This document shows, piece by piece, positions 63,640 to 64,000 of a DNA stretch of 64,000 nucleotides. Position 1 is the stretch's first letter; the number at the start of each line of letters is the position of its first letter. The notes under the pieces are model-generated. The model was not told the DNA's origin, ran no database searches, and was given only the letters and a program-made list of their open reading frames with translations. Both the position numbers and the translations under genes were made by a program. The DNA is from an uncultured cyanobacterium (lineage in GTDB: Bacteria > Cyanobacteriota > Cyanobacteriia > Cyanobacteriales > Nostocaceae), in the NCBI GenBank assembly GCA_963740315.1, contig CAVUDP010000004.1, forward strand, positions 320,001 through 384,000, read 5' to 3'.

Positions 63640-64000
63640 ATGCAGATGGCAATATCGCAGCACAGCACTAATAATCAGACTGCTATAGTTATCGGCAGCA
63701 GCATAGCTGGGCTTTTGAATGCAAGAGTTTTGGCAGATTATTTTGCTGAAGTTATCATAGTTGAACGCGATAGTTTACCGCAACAACCAGAAGCTCGTAA
63801 AGGTGTTCCTCAAGGAATTCATGCTCATGTACTACTTACTCAAGGATACAAAATTTTAAACCAATTATTTCCTGGGATAGATGCGGAATTAAATGAAGCT
63901 GGAGCGCCTAAAATAGATTGGAGTAAAGAATATGCATTATTTGGTTATTGGGGTTGGCATCCGCCTATTGCGTCGGATTTGATTACTTATAGCACTAGTC
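63640..64000 (+). CDS. FAD-dependent oxidoreductase/monooxygenase (runs off the window end)
   Basis: Translated by hand: AIVIGSSIAGLLNARVLADYF.EVIIVERD...RKGVPQGIHAHVLL; open to the window end. Confidence 0.85.
   Translation, partial: MQMAISQHSTNNQTAIVIGSSIAGLLNARVLADYFAEVIIVERDSLPQQPEARKGVPQGIHAHVLLTQGYKILNQLFPGIDAELNEAGAPKIDWSKEYALFGYWGWHPPIASDLITYSTS

Overview
AT-rich chromosomal window from a filamentous, probably heterocyst-forming cyanobacterium (Nostocales; Rivularia/Calothrix-like by inference). Support: frequent HIP1 GCGATCGC sites, STRR hepta/octamer arrays, fraH, xisHI, psb30, pxcA, and NrtP rather than NrtABCD. Core loci: nirA-nrtP-narB-narM-mobA, groES-groEL with CIRCE and K-box, rre1/orrA-type regulator, sbp-cysT-cysW, rph, pgl-fraH, pxcA, two mltA, recJ, psb30, clpC. 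Accessory material: toxin-antitoxin modules and remnants, an HTH-NACHT gene with a divergent PD-(D/E)XK nuclease, xisHI, and REP/MITE-like elements. Two candidates stand out. (1) An 8-gene co-oriented cluster (37.7-41.6 kb) of small signal-peptide proteins. Five share a 2 x ~33-aa Gln/Asn ladder repeat plus a Cys pair, three as near-identical tandem copies, and a divergent Xre regulator sits next to them. It is a candidate extracellular fibre or functional-amyloid system. (2) A small helical protein whose C-terminal motif (NENWQGINIKGGKNTVSNNTFTF) recurs at the N-terminus of the adjacent frameshifted NB-ARC-TPR gene (NENWQGINFKDSNPTIKDNTFNF). This is the architecture of NLR amyloid signalling. 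No rRNA, tRNA, CRISPR array or intact transposase was recognised. All calls come from reading the sequence; no searches were run.
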